From IMG/VR virus record IMGVR_UViG_3300025015_000009, positions 224,001-288,000 of that record: a DNA stretch of 64,000 nt, one strand, 5' to 3'. Source of the stretch: a virus. Lineage: Duplodnaviria; Heunggongvirae; Uroviricota; Caudoviricetes. Positions 46,834-55,687 of the stretch are shown here, in pieces; within the stretch, counting starts at the first letter, position 1, and each line of letters opens with the position of its first letter. Under the pieces are notes generated by a model that saw only the letters and a program-made list of their open reading frames with translations, did not search any database and had not been told where the DNA came from. Made by a program: the position numbers and the translations under genes.

Positions 46834-47073
46834 CTAGTATTTACCATCAACCCCTTCGCATGATTGAAAAGATACTATTACATCTAGTAGAGTTCCTTTT
46901 CGTTTATATTTGCGTCCCTCGGAATCAAATCCGTCTTGAATGTAATACGTAGAGAACCATTGGAACTGATTGTGTATTTTACACGGAATAAATGCAAATT
47001 TCTTCCTCCAGGATCTCCAATGTATCGTGTTGAACAAATCTGGTCTATACTTAGTTGCGTCGTCTGATATCAC
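46834..47073 (-). CDS. Small protein, FAF.P..W family
   Basis: WRKKFAFIPCKIH..W..YY..DG..GTLLDV. Confidence 0.6.
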   Translation of the reverse strand: MISDDATKYRPDLFNTIHWRSWRKKFAFIPCKIHNQFQWFSTYYIQDGFDSEGRKYKRKGTLLDVIVSFQSCEGVDGKY

Positions 47074-47087
47074 AGTGGTTCCAATTG

Positions 47088-47288
47088 TTATGTTTTTAGT
47101 ACATCCAATAGTGTTCCGTTTTGGGTGTAATTAAGGCAATTATCTCCGAACCGTCGGACCCCATCCCTGGTATAGTACACTGATAACCAACAAATCTTGC
47201 CGTGTACCTTAGTTGGTAAGAACGCAAACTTTTTCTTCCACGGTAACCAATGTGCTGCCTGACTCAATTGATTCGAGTATGTGCCCAT
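47088..47288 (-). CDS. Small protein, FAF.P..W family
   Basis: WKKKFAFLPTKVH..W..YY..DG..GTLLDV. Confidence 0.6.
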   Translation of the reverse strand: MGTYSNQLSQAAHWLPWKKKFAFLPTKVHGKICWLSVYYTRDGVRRFGDNCLNYTQNGTLLDVLKT

Positions 47289-47303
47289 ACTATATTTTAT
47301 CGG

Positions 47304-48392
47304 TTATGCCTGCTTGATTGTGTTAATCAGACCATCTGCAGAAAAGAACTTATCAATCAATGTAGGGCACATACTTTGCACAACTGGTGCTAACCTCTCG
47401 TATGTACTCATCATTTTTACTATTCGTTCTACTACCTCGTTACGGTGCATCTCGTAGTTAGCATACGAACTTGTCCACTCGGATGGGTACAAGAAGTCTG
47501 CAGAGTACATCTCAGAGTAAGACAACCGATCCGGAGCAAGTGGTATTGCACCGAGTAAGGCACCTTCGGGCAAAGAAATCCCTAATGTTTCTTGAAGATT
47601 TGCTGAGAATACCATCTTTGCTTTACCTAACAGTGTATGGTATTCGTGCTTTGCTAGTTTTTCTTCCTGACACACAATGAACTTATATTGTGGTAGGTGT
47701 TTCTCTAAATCCTTAAAAATATCAAGCTGCTTCTCAGGGGCAATACGATGAGGGAACAATATAATATCTTCTTTTTGCATACCAACGTAAGGCTGCATTG
47801 TATCCGGGAGATACTCCATTGGCCACCCGGTTCTAACAATCTTTCCTGTTGGCATGTATCTGATGCGACCAGTTCGTTTGTCTACCTTTAATAAGTTCTC
47901 AAGAAATAAGTTGATGTGAAAGTCAGTAGCAAAGTAGTTATGCTTGAAGCAGTTAAAGAATGACAACTCTGCATGTTCGACCCACGGCTTATTGCCGATA
48001 AGTCTGCCCAAGAAGTCAAATTTATCGTAACTTCCAGCATGCCATAACCCATGAGTTGTCCAATTCATTCCCATTAGTTCGTTTACATACTGTATCTCAA
48101 CAATGGTTGGATTCCATGCATCAGTGAAAATAATGTGGTCACCCTTTTGAATTAGACCATCTTTAACTAAATGGAAGAACGTGTTCACTTGCTCGTTCTT
48201 CCATTGGTTAGTCGACAAGAAATCTAAGAATGCACCGTTCGTTGGAACTCCGCTGTTAGTGACGCCGTCGATTTGAATCACATTGTATTCCGACCCAAGC
48301 TTCTTCCTTAGCATCGACGGAATATGCGTATACCATTGCCCGGTATAACGAGTTTCGATTGGTTCCAACGAAAGAACAATTACATTCTTCAT
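47304..48392 (-). CDS. GT-B fold glycosyltransferase
   Basis: ILFPHRIAPEK, QETLGISLPEG (ExxGxxxxE), PDRLSYSEM. Confidence 0.85.
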   Translation of the reverse strand: MKNVIVLSLEPIETRYTGQWYTHIPSMLRKKLGSEYNVIQIDGVTNSGVPTNGAFLDFLSTNQWKNEQVNTFFHLVKDGLIQKGDHIIFTDAWNPTIVEIQYVNELMGMNWTTHGLWHAGSYDKFDFLGRLIGNKPWVEHAELSFFNCFKHNYFATDFHINLFLENLLKVDKRTGRIRYMPTGKIVRTGWPMEYLPDTMQPYVGMQKEDIILFPHRIAPEKQLDIFKDLEKHLPQYKFIVCQEEKLAKHEYHTLLGKAKMVFSANLQETLGISLPEGALLGAIPLAPDRLSYSEMYSADFLYPSEWTSSYANYEMHRNEVVERIVKMMSTYERLAPVVQSMCPTLIDKFFSADGLINTIKQA

Positions 48393-48393
48393 G

Positions 48394-48642
48394 TTACCGT
48401 TGCCCTGTCCGATGCCCTTGCTGCGGAGCATTCCCGTGCTCCTGCCGAGCTTTACGGTTACGTTGGCGATCGTATTTCTGCCAGAGAGCTGACCGATAGT
48501 TGTATAAGTCCGCCTCGTTAAATGGAACCGCAGGGAACTGCAACCGAATAAAGTCTTTGAAGCTTTCTAGATCGGTAAAGATCTGGGCTACTTCTGGTTT
48601 CATACGAAGGTACTTTTTGATATAAGATGGAACTGATGCCAT
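48394..48642 (-). CDS. Hypothetical protein
   Basis: AGGAG RBS; IFTDLE..FNEADLY. Confidence 0.6.
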   Translation of the reverse strand: MASVPSYIKKYLRMKPEVAQIFTDLESFKDFIRLQFPAVPFNEADLYNYRSALWQKYDRQRNRKARQEHGNAPQQGHRTGQR

Positions 48643-48691
48643 TGGTATTACTCCTATTTTTACTACGGTTAATAAAATGCTACATTTAAAA

Positions 48692-49141
48692 CTACGGACA
48701 GAACTCGATTAATGCTCCGTTGATGTTATCTTCAGCTACATCAATTCGAACTTCTGACATTGGGTACTTTGCTGCAATCTGTGCGTACAAGTCGTCTGCA
48801 ATCATTTCACATGACTTCGAGTTTAGATCCAACGTCTCGTTACTGTATAGGTCGTTCAACCAGCGCCGGAATTGGATAAACTCAACATCTCTGTTAGAGT
48901 GCGACACTTCTAGCCAAACTTTAATAAAAAAGTAGTGCATGTGGACGTTAGCAAGGTGCGACACGTCATATTTGTTATTTGTTGCAAATTGTGGCTCAGA
49001 AGCAGCTTCTGGGAAACAATGATATCCTTCCTTCTGGATAGTTACATATATAAACTTTTTGGCCAGTCTGATTGTTTGGTTGACTTTGTTGTGCCTTGCT
49101 GCTAACACTGTGCTTTGAATGTAGATATCTTGTGTACTCAT
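48692..49141 (-). CDS. QueD-like T-fold protein, candidate DpdL (CDG decarboxylase)
   Basis: EGYHCFP, LANVHMHYF (LxxxHxHxF), NRDVEF, SCEMIA, V.ED; lacks QueD CxxxHGH. Confidence 0.65.
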   Translation of the reverse strand: MSTQDIYIQSTVLAARHNKVNQTIRLAKKFIYVTIQKEGYHCFPEAASEPQFATNNKYDVSHLANVHMHYFFIKVWLEVSHSNRDVEFIQFRRWLNDLYSNETLDLNSKSCEMIADDLYAQIAAKYPMSEVRIDVAEDNINGALIEFCP

Positions 49142-49142
49142 G

Positions 49143-49445
49143 CTAATATGTTAACATCTCCATTACAACAATGCTACTGATATCTGCAGCATATGTTTCT
49201 TTTTGAACAACTGTGTGTATCGACCTAACCGTTCTATCAGTTTTGCAGTCAAATCGAGTTACATTAAGGATAAGGCCGCCCTTTGCTGGTATAATATCAA
49301 ACCTAACAGAATCCTCTCGATCCAGGGGAGAACTACGACATAGCACCTGCGACGATGTTTTGCATTCGTCACCGGTATAACCGTCATGGTTATTAATAAA
49401 ACGAAGGTTTAACCGGCTGGTAATGTACTCAATAAACGCTCTCAT
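49143..49445 (-). CDS. Hypothetical protein (paralogue of 49442-49651)
   Basis: VRFDIIPAKGGLILNV; GGAGG RBS. Confidence 0.6.
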   Translation of the reverse strand: MRAFIEYITSRLNLRFINNHDGYTGDECKTSSQVLCRSSPLDREDSVRFDIIPAKGGLILNVTRFDCKTDRTVRSIHTVVQKETYAADISSIVVMEMLTY

Positions 49446-49651
49446 GCTGCATCCTCCAATAGCTGATCTATTTCTCCCTGAGGTATCTTGCTTATTTCTT
49501 CTAATTGGTCGCATTCACTACTGAGTATAAACAGTTCGCGATTGTCATCACCCTTGTATAACTCAACGATCACGCCGCCCCTGGCAGACATAACCTTAAA
49601 AGAGACTCCGGTTGATTTGCTCTTTTGTGACCTTTTAATAGATTTAGCCAT
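49442..49651 (-). CDS. Hypothetical protein
   Basis: VSFKVMSARGGVIVEL. Confidence 0.55.
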   Translation of the reverse strand: MAKSIKRSQKSKSTGVSFKVMSARGGVIVELYKGDDNRELFILSSECDQLEEISKIPQGEIDQLLEDAA

Positions 49652-49652
49652 G

Positions 49653-50180
49653 TTATGCAACCACTGTGTCTGATGTGTACTCGTCCCAATTAGTAAACGT
49701 ATCCGGTGACTGCAAGTCGTCTAGTCTATGGCACCAGACTCCGTCGTTTGTCGAATCAAACCCAATGTCGTCTATCTTAATAATTGCATTTTGACTAAAC
49801 TGTCTAATATACGGAATTTTTACAGATAATATTGGTATGAACCGACGATGTTCAACGCAAGTAAGTTCCAATACTTCGTCTGAGTACTTAACGTCAAAGT
49901 CTAACGTAACCCAATTGTTAGTATCTAGTATCGTATTGATCATAACCGACCACTCTTTTAGTTCTTCAACTGACTTCGGTTGAAAACTCTGGTTAGCGCC
50001 AAAGTAGATGTGCGTTACATCCCGTTGTTTTACGTTATTTAGTTTAGCGAGAATTGTGTCGATCGGTTGAATCCCCACAACAAATAATGTTTGTTTTCCG
50101 AACGCCGGCGTCTTCTCGACCTCGACTCCGGTGAAGAACGTAGCGGTGTTGGTCGTTGTGTTTGTGTAAGATCGTTTCAT
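49653..50180 (-). CDS. Hypothetical protein in the deazaguanine cluster
   Basis: FFTGVEVEKTP..TLFVVG..HIYFGAN..IKIDD..NDGVWC..FTNWDEY. Confidence 0.7.
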   Translation of the reverse strand: MKRSYTNTTTNTATFFTGVEVEKTPAFGKQTLFVVGIQPIDTILAKLNNVKQRDVTHIYFGANQSFQPKSVEELKEWSVMINTILDTNNWVTLDFDVKYSDEVLELTCVEHRRFIPILSVKIPYIRQFSQNAIIKIDDIGFDSTNDGVWCHRLDDLQSPDTFTNWDEYTSDTVVA

Positions 50181-50377
50181 TTTTGCTCCTTACTCGGGTT
50201 AGACAAATGTTGCATCGTAATAGTGTTACTAAGTTTTGATATTAACATTATAAGCGATGCCCGCTGTTTACGCAAGTGGACTAACTTACCGGTTATAGTA
50301 CTAGTTTTGTGCTCAGCGAGTTGTTGTTCCACCTGGGCCAGGTCTTCTTTTAGTTTGTATAAGTCAACAGTAATCAT
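50177..50377 (-). CDS. Small coiled-coil protein
   Basis: Operon ORF. Confidence 0.5.
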   Translation of the reverse strand: MITVDLYKLKEDLAQVEQQLAEHKTSTITGKLVHLRKQRASLIMLISKLSNTITMQHLSNPSKEQK

Positions 50378-50378
50378 A

Positions 50379-51944
50379 TTATGCTGTTATTGAATTTTCT
50401 AGGTTATCCAATGCTGATTCGTCGAATCCAGAATCATCACTGTGGTGTTCTACGTGTTGGTATGCTTGTGTAGTAAATTTGTCATTGAACACTGTAGTCG
50501 AGTTATTCTCTCGTTTCCCAGTGTTTCCTCTGGTTCCGATGATATTAGTCAGGAACCATTCGTGCTTTTTGATCAACGCAAACGATTCTGCGGTACTACC
50601 AGCGAAAATCTTGTCAATTAAATCGGTTAAAAACAACTGGTCGTGGCGTTCGTCTACTAGCATCTTAGGAACCGATGCTCTTGCTTCGTACAGAGCATTG
50701 GCCTCTTGAACAGCAGTAATATGTTGGTACACATTATGCCCCATTTGTAACGCATAACTAAACGAGTCCCAACTTGTTGCCCCTTCTTTACCGATCTTGT
50801 TTAAGTCGCCCGGAGCATATATACAGATGTCTTTCACAAGTAATCGCTTGCTAATAGGTGAGTCAGTAAACGAACTGAATATCTTATCAGTTAGAAGTGC
50901 ATCAGACAACGGTCTAGTATCCGATGCATACTTTTTGTCGTCTACAGATGGTTGCATTCGGTATACCCATTTCTTTCTATCTGGGTACTCGTTATTCGTG
51001 TATATCTGCCCGTTTGCTGTTGCAAGAAACGGACTAGCACAGTCAAAACTGATAGTGAAGTTCTCATTATGATACTTACGCACTGCGTTTTGAATGTCGG
51101 TTAATAACAAGCCCCATTCTAGCTTACTGGTGCCCAAGAAATGCATCCAATCGTTTTCTTCTTTTTTCAATAATCCGTCTGCAATTAACGTAACAACTCG
51201 CTTGAGTGCCAGTGTCGGAGAACACATAGACTGCCCGCCCATTGCCCACCCGTTGAACGGTTTTGCATACTGCTTGGCATCGTTGAATTTCTTCATCTTC
51301 TGATACCAGTCTTCTGCTTCTTTGTGTGTTTCGCCTTGAAGAACATTTAGAAACTTACATGCACCAGTTCGATTTGCCATAAAGTATTCGTTGTTGATGT
51401 ACGTTGCTTCGACTGCATCGTCGTACGACATAATACCTGTTGCTTTTTGGCCTTCGGGACTTCTACATACCCATGCTGGGATATCTAGAATCATACCATA
51501 GTCCATGTACGCATCCATCCAGGCTAATACTTGTTCACGCTTCTTTTGTGCTTTGGGGCAAGACGGATTCTTCCACTCACCTTCCCAGACACCCTTTCCT
51601 ATTTGGAAGCCTCCTGAGTCACCAAGTACAAAAGTTGTGTTCTTATCTCTACCGCGGATCATATTCTCCTTAGGTGACACGCGATTCACATCAAGATCCG
51701 CGTGTCCTGCAGAATACAGTGACCATTTGTACGTGAAGTATCCTTCTTTTTCGTTAAGCCAGTTCATTCCTTCGACACCATTTTCAAAACCAATTGGCAT
51801 TCGTTTTGCGTCGATGTAAGTTTGGTCTACTTGTTGTTTTCCGATGTATGTTCCGTAGAACGAACTCAATGCAGGTAAAAATATTGCATATTTACTTCGA
51901 CCTCTTTCGTCGAGTTGTTGGTTAGTTAAGTTTTCTTTTTCCAT
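50379..51944 (-). CDS. dpdA: TGT-fold base-exchange enzyme, likely DNA 7-deazaguanine transglycosylase (DpdA-like)
   Basis: GDSGGFQ, MILDIP, NVLQG, GWAMGG, MHFLG, SFDCAS, HNV; clustered with folE/queD/queE. Confidence 0.8.
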   Translation of the reverse strand: MEKENLTNQQLDERGRSKYAIFLPALSSFYGTYIGKQQVDQTYIDAKRMPIGFENGVEGMNWLNEKEGYFTYKWSLYSAGHADLDVNRVSPKENMIRGRDKNTTFVLGDSGGFQIGKGVWEGEWKNPSCPKAQKKREQVLAWMDAYMDYGMILDIPAWVCRSPEGQKATGIMSYDDAVEATYINNEYFMANRTGACKFLNVLQGETHKEAEDWYQKMKKFNDAKQYAKPFNGWAMGGQSMCSPTLALKRVVTLIADGLLKKEENDWMHFLGTSKLEWGLLLTDIQNAVRKYHNENFTISFDCASPFLATANGQIYTNNEYPDRKKWVYRMQPSVDDKKYASDTRPLSDALLTDKIFSSFTDSPISKRLLVKDICIYAPGDLNKIGKEGATSWDSFSYALQMGHNVYQHITAVQEANALYEARASVPKMLVDERHDQLFLTDLIDKIFAGSTAESFALIKKHEWFLTNIIGTRGNTGKRENNSTTVFNDKFTTQAYQHVEHHSDDSGFDESALDNLENSITA

Positions 51945-53434
51945 TAGTTTCTTCCGTATACTAAGTTACCACAATCCCAAATCCTATAATACCCGTTCAT
52001 TGACATGTTTTCGTATTCGCTCAATTGTTCATCGAATTCGGGTAGCTTACTACTTAACATATGTTTCTGAAACTGGTTCCTTGACAGTAATGTTATTTGC
52101 TCGTTAATCTTAAAATATTTGTAGTTAGGTGCTGCGTGGTTCAGCAGTGTAAATCCTGTTGTTTCGTATAGGTTGGTGTTTGTTAACATTGTCCATCGTC
52201 TATCTGCGTACGAAATAAGTGACGATAAATCTATCACGGTTGCTGCGAACGATAACAACTTACTGAGGCCGCCCACAACAGTTGTATCTGTTTTTGAACA
52301 GTACCGTATCAGTTCCCACTTGTATTTTTTATTATACCTTGATTTTCCTATAGTTGCAATAGCAATTAGCTCGTTTCCTGCAGAGTACAACCCGAACTTG
52401 TACTTTGCTGCGGCTTGTCCTTGCAAGTGGTTTTGTTCTAGAAATTGTGTTGCGACGTGAGTTGGCACGACACCGACTGTGCATTTTCGAGCAAAAACTC
52501 TGTTAGACTTCCCGAGTAGATGTCTGATTTTAGACTTAATGATTTGTTGTGTTGCTGTGTTGTACCATTCAGTGTCGTAGATGTGGATTAGGTGGACGTG
52601 TTGTTCTTCACATTGCTTTGTTTTATTCAGATGATAGAATCTGTCCTTGCCTTTTTCCTCGGAGTGCCAGTACACTCCGTTTATCTCAAACCCGATTCTC
52701 AATAACGGAAGATAGATGTCGATTTCTTTCGGAGAAATAATAGATCGATCGTTGTTAGTAATGGGGCCTGTGTATATACTGCCGATGAATTCGGCAATTT
52801 CTCTGTGTACTTGTGTTATCTGGTGCCGCTGTACATTAATACCGTTTTGTGTTAAGAAACACAAGATAGGAGTTGCCGACACACCTAGTTCGTTTGCTAT
52901 TTGTTGGCAGGATTTGTTTAACACGGTATGCTGTTCGGTTAGCCATTCTAGATCTTTCATCAGCCGAATCGACTCTATTGGTATGTGACAGTGCTTGTTT
53001 GTTGCAACACCAAACGTATCTAGACACGTATTTTTTCGTTTAAGCAGGATTTGTTTCTTAGTTGACGGGTCAGCAAATCTAGCGACTGCACTAATTCTGA
53101 TCTTTTCTATTATATCTTTGTTTTTAGATGGATTGTCCACACCGTACTTGTTGATGAAGGTGCGTTTCATTTTATCTTTAACTTCGTCACATTTAGATGG
53201 GTTATCTACTCCGTGTCTGTCTAGGAATGATTGTTTTATTTTGTCTCTAACTGTTGAGAGTTGCATCGGATGATCCACGGAGAATCGACTGCGGTTTGTT
53301 TGTTTTTTCTTTGCTAGTATGGCAGGGTCAGAGCCCATGCATTTGTTAGAGCACCAATCCCACCATTCTTGCTTAGATTTAATAAATCGTGTAACTTTAC
53401 TCCCACATATACAACAGTTTTTTTCGTTTGTCAT
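51944..53434 (-). CDS. Free-standing homing-endonuclease-like protein (paralogue of 20974-22572)
   Basis: CCIC..WCSNKC, GVDNPSK repeats, EIDIY..GFEINGVYWH, NHLQG..WELIRY..SYADRRW..IWDCGN. Confidence 0.75.
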   Translation of the reverse strand: MTNEKNCCICGSKVTRFIKSKQEWWDWCSNKCMGSDPAILAKKKQTNRSRFSVDHPMQLSTVRDKIKQSFLDRHGVDNPSKCDEVKDKMKRTFINKYGVDNPSKNKDIIEKIRISAVARFADPSTKKQILLKRKNTCLDTFGVATNKHCHIPIESIRLMKDLEWLTEQHTVLNKSCQQIANELGVSATPILCFLTQNGINVQRHQITQVHREIAEFIGSIYTGPITNNDRSIISPKEIDIYLPLLRIGFEINGVYWHSEEKGKDRFYHLNKTKQCEEQHVHLIHIYDTEWYNTATQQIIKSKIRHLLGKSNRVFARKCTVGVVPTHVATQFLEQNHLQGQAAAKYKFGLYSAGNELIAIATIGKSRYNKKYKWELIRYCSKTDTTVVGGLSKLLSFAATVIDLSSLISYADRRWTMLTNTNLYETTGFTLLNHAAPNYKYFKINEQITLLSRNQFQKHMLSSKLPEFDEQLSEYENMSMNGYYRIWDCGNLVYGRN

Positions 53435-53479
53435 ACTCTGCCTTTATTGTACTTATCAGAGTCTGGCGGATTCGAAATA

Positions 53480-53983
53480 TTAAGCTGCTATTCTGCCCAA
53501 TACCCGATAGAACAGTGCCCGAAGTAGTGCATCTGTTTTCTCTTGGTTATTTGATGTGAATGCTTCGTATAGATTGCTTACTGCTTTTTTGTATGAGTCT
53601 GAGAATTGTTCTACTCCACCGAACGCACTGTTATTTGAATGGAGCAAGTTTCTAGAGTCAGCTTCGTCGTAAATGTCTCCATCTGAGTAATCAGACAAAC
53701 ACATATCTGGGCCGGCAGGAAACAGTTCACGACGATCTGCTTCGTTGTAAATGTCATCGTCCGTGTAGTCATCTAAACTAGTTTCTACTTCATCTGGAAT
53801 CAGCCCGCGTCTATCTAACTCGTCTAGTAGCACAAAGTCGTCGAGGTTCTGTAGGTACGTCGGTTCGTCGGTTGTTTCGGCAAGCTGGAATATTACTTCT
53901 GCTAATAGTTTTCTTTTTTTGACCTCATTGATGATCTCACTGTTTGTTAGCATACAAGTGCTATACTGGTTTGATTGTCTCAT
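53480..53983 (-). CDS. Acidic protein with short D..D..I..E..R repeats
   Basis: LDDYTDDDIYNEADRRELF, LSDYSDGDIYDEADSRNLL, LDDFVLLDELDRRGLI. Confidence 0.6.
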   Translation of the reverse strand: MRQSNQYSTCMLTNSEIINEVKKRKLLAEVIFQLAETTDEPTYLQNLDDFVLLDELDRRGLIPDEVETSLDDYTDDDIYNEADRRELFPAGPDMCLSDYSDGDIYDEADSRNLLHSNNSAFGGVEQFSDSYKKAVSNLYEAFTSNNQEKTDALLRALFYRVLGRIAA

Positions 53984-53993
53984 GTTATCTTTC

Positions 53994-54728
53994 TTACTTA
54001 ATAATAGCAAGTATATAGAAGCTGTAGTTGATCAGCCCGCTGTCAACGGTCACTAAAATCACACCTTCGTCGCTGAACTTAATTGCTTTAGTACCAGTTA
54101 ATGCCATAATGTTCTTGATAATTGCTACCGGCCAATCCCATTGTTGTTTGAATGTTCCGGTGATGTTATTTGCGAACACGAAGTTTCCAGTGTGTGAAGC
54201 AGGATCACCAAAGTAGCAAATAAGGTCTTTATTTACAACATTAAACTGACAAGTTGCTTCTCCTGCGTTTGCTTGAATTTGGAGATTCAAGCGTTGAATA
54301 GCAGCCGGAGTCGGAACCAAGTCGATAATCCATTTCGCACCTTTAAACATAACTTGTTGCAGTTTTGAGTTAACGAGCTGCTGGCTCATGAAGCGGTAGT
54401 CGTTTTTAAAGTCTCCAGCAGCGTTCTCAAAGTGTAATCCATTTAGTGCGCCATCTGAGCTTTTTGTTACAGTAAATTTTGCGTTTTCTCTGTACTCGGA
54501 TAACCCAAGGATGGTGTCTAACTTAGTTAGGTTAGGCATTCCGAATACACCAACAAACTCTGGAATCGGAGCTTTTGTTACTGCGCTAACGATAACCAGC
54601 TTCTGCTCGTCGATTGCGTTTAGTGTTGTTGCGGTAGTAGTTCCTTCTACTCGAATTAGTTCAATAACCCCTACACCCAGTATGTTCTTGGCGATGTCTT
54701 TCAAGTGATCGTAAAGATGTTCGTTCAT
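53994..54728 (-). CDS. Sliding clamp (gp45-like), putative
   Basis: 244 aa with alternating alpha/beta pattern; FGMPNL..YRFM..VDSGLINYSFYILA; adjacent to the DNA polymerase. Confidence 0.6.
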   Translation of the reverse strand: MNEHLYDHLKDIAKNILGVGVIELIRVEGTTTATTLNAIDEQKLVIVSAVTKAPIPEFVGVFGMPNLTKLDTILGLSEYRENAKFTVTKSSDGALNGLHFENAAGDFKNDYRFMSQQLVNSKLQQVMFKGAKWIIDLVPTPAAIQRLNLQIQANAGEATCQFNVVNKDLICYFGDPASHTGNFVFANNITGTFKQQWDWPVAIIKNIMALTGTKAIKFSDEGVILVTVDSGLINYSFYILAIIK

Positions 54729-54793
54729 AGTATTGCCTTTCTAGTAAGTTAAGTTAAAGTATATCTGTTTAAGCAACAAGAGTCAATTCCTTG

Positions 54794-55687
54794 TTACTCG
54801 AATGTGTTCTTGATAGTGCCAATTACCGGATGGACCTTCATAGTCGATAATACCCCAGGCTTAACAATTTCTGCCCAGGTAACATGTTGTTCTATCCATT
54901 CGGTCGACTTAACGACAAACCCGATTCGGTGACATATTGCGGTTATTTCTTCTGTTGTAGCATAGTGCATTATCTTGTTTTCCGCTAATTCCGCGCAATA
55001 CGGATATATGCAGTTGTTGAAACTAAAGATTACTGCGCCTCCTGGTCGCAGTAATTGAAAACATTGGCTAAGGTATTGCTCAACGACGTCGACTGTACAG
55101 TAATTAAGAAAGTTCCAGCTGAATATAAGACTGTGTTGTCCAAGCGGAAGTGGTAATATGTTATGGTCTTGAGTTATATATCGTATTATCCTGTTCTGTG
55201 CTTGGTCAGTCGGTAATCGATTAACTAGTGCGGTGATCGCATCGTTGTTGTTGTTTGCGACAGTGAGTGGTTGCGCATGTTGCAGTAAGTTAATAATGCT
55301 CTCACTGGAGGCGCCGATCTCAAGCGCCGGGTATTGCCAGGACAAGTATCTTGACAGAACCCCACTTATGGTTTGTTTTGTTCTGTCTGACATTGGGTAA
55401 CAGTTAGCTAACTCGTTATGAGACGACATGTTAACCGTTAGTTGGCCACCTCTCTTGTTGATGTGTTTTGCAATTGAATTTATTGCCATATTTACATCCG
55501 AATCAAGAGTAGACCGGAGGGAAACAATAGCAGCGATTGTATTATCCAGCGTAGGTAGTAGAACTGGTGGTAGGTCATTTAACACCACATTGATGTTATT
55601 AGAAATACAATCGATCGTCGAGTTAACTGACGCCCGTAACTCGTTTAGTTGCTGCTGGACTTCAACTAGTTTCTTTAACGGGATCAT
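54794..55687 (-). CDS. Class I SAM-dependent methyltransferase-like protein
   Basis: ALEIG, IFSWNFLNY, LLRPGGAVIF. Confidence 0.65.
   Translation of the reverse strand: MIPLKKLVEVQQQLNELRASVNSTIDCISNNINVVLNDLPPVLLPTLDNTIAAIVSLRSTLDSDVNMAINSIAKHINKRGGQLTVNMSSHNELANCYPMSDRTKQTISGVLSRYLSWQYPALEIGASSESIINLLQHAQPLTVANNNNDAITALVNRLPTDQAQNRIIRYITQDHNILPLPLGQHSLIFSWNFLNYCTVDVVEQYLSQCFQLLRPGGAVIFSFNNCIYPYCAELAENKIMHYATTEEITAICHRIGFVVKSTEWIEQHVTWAEIVKPGVLSTMKVHPVIGTIKNTFE

Noticed and set aside
50379-51944. Calling the TGT-fold gene a tRNA-guanine transglycosylase for queuosine
   Set aside because: It lacks the C-terminal CxCxxC zinc site of bacterial Tgt and no queA, queF or queG is present. Phage context favours a DNA-acting DpdA, though this is untested.
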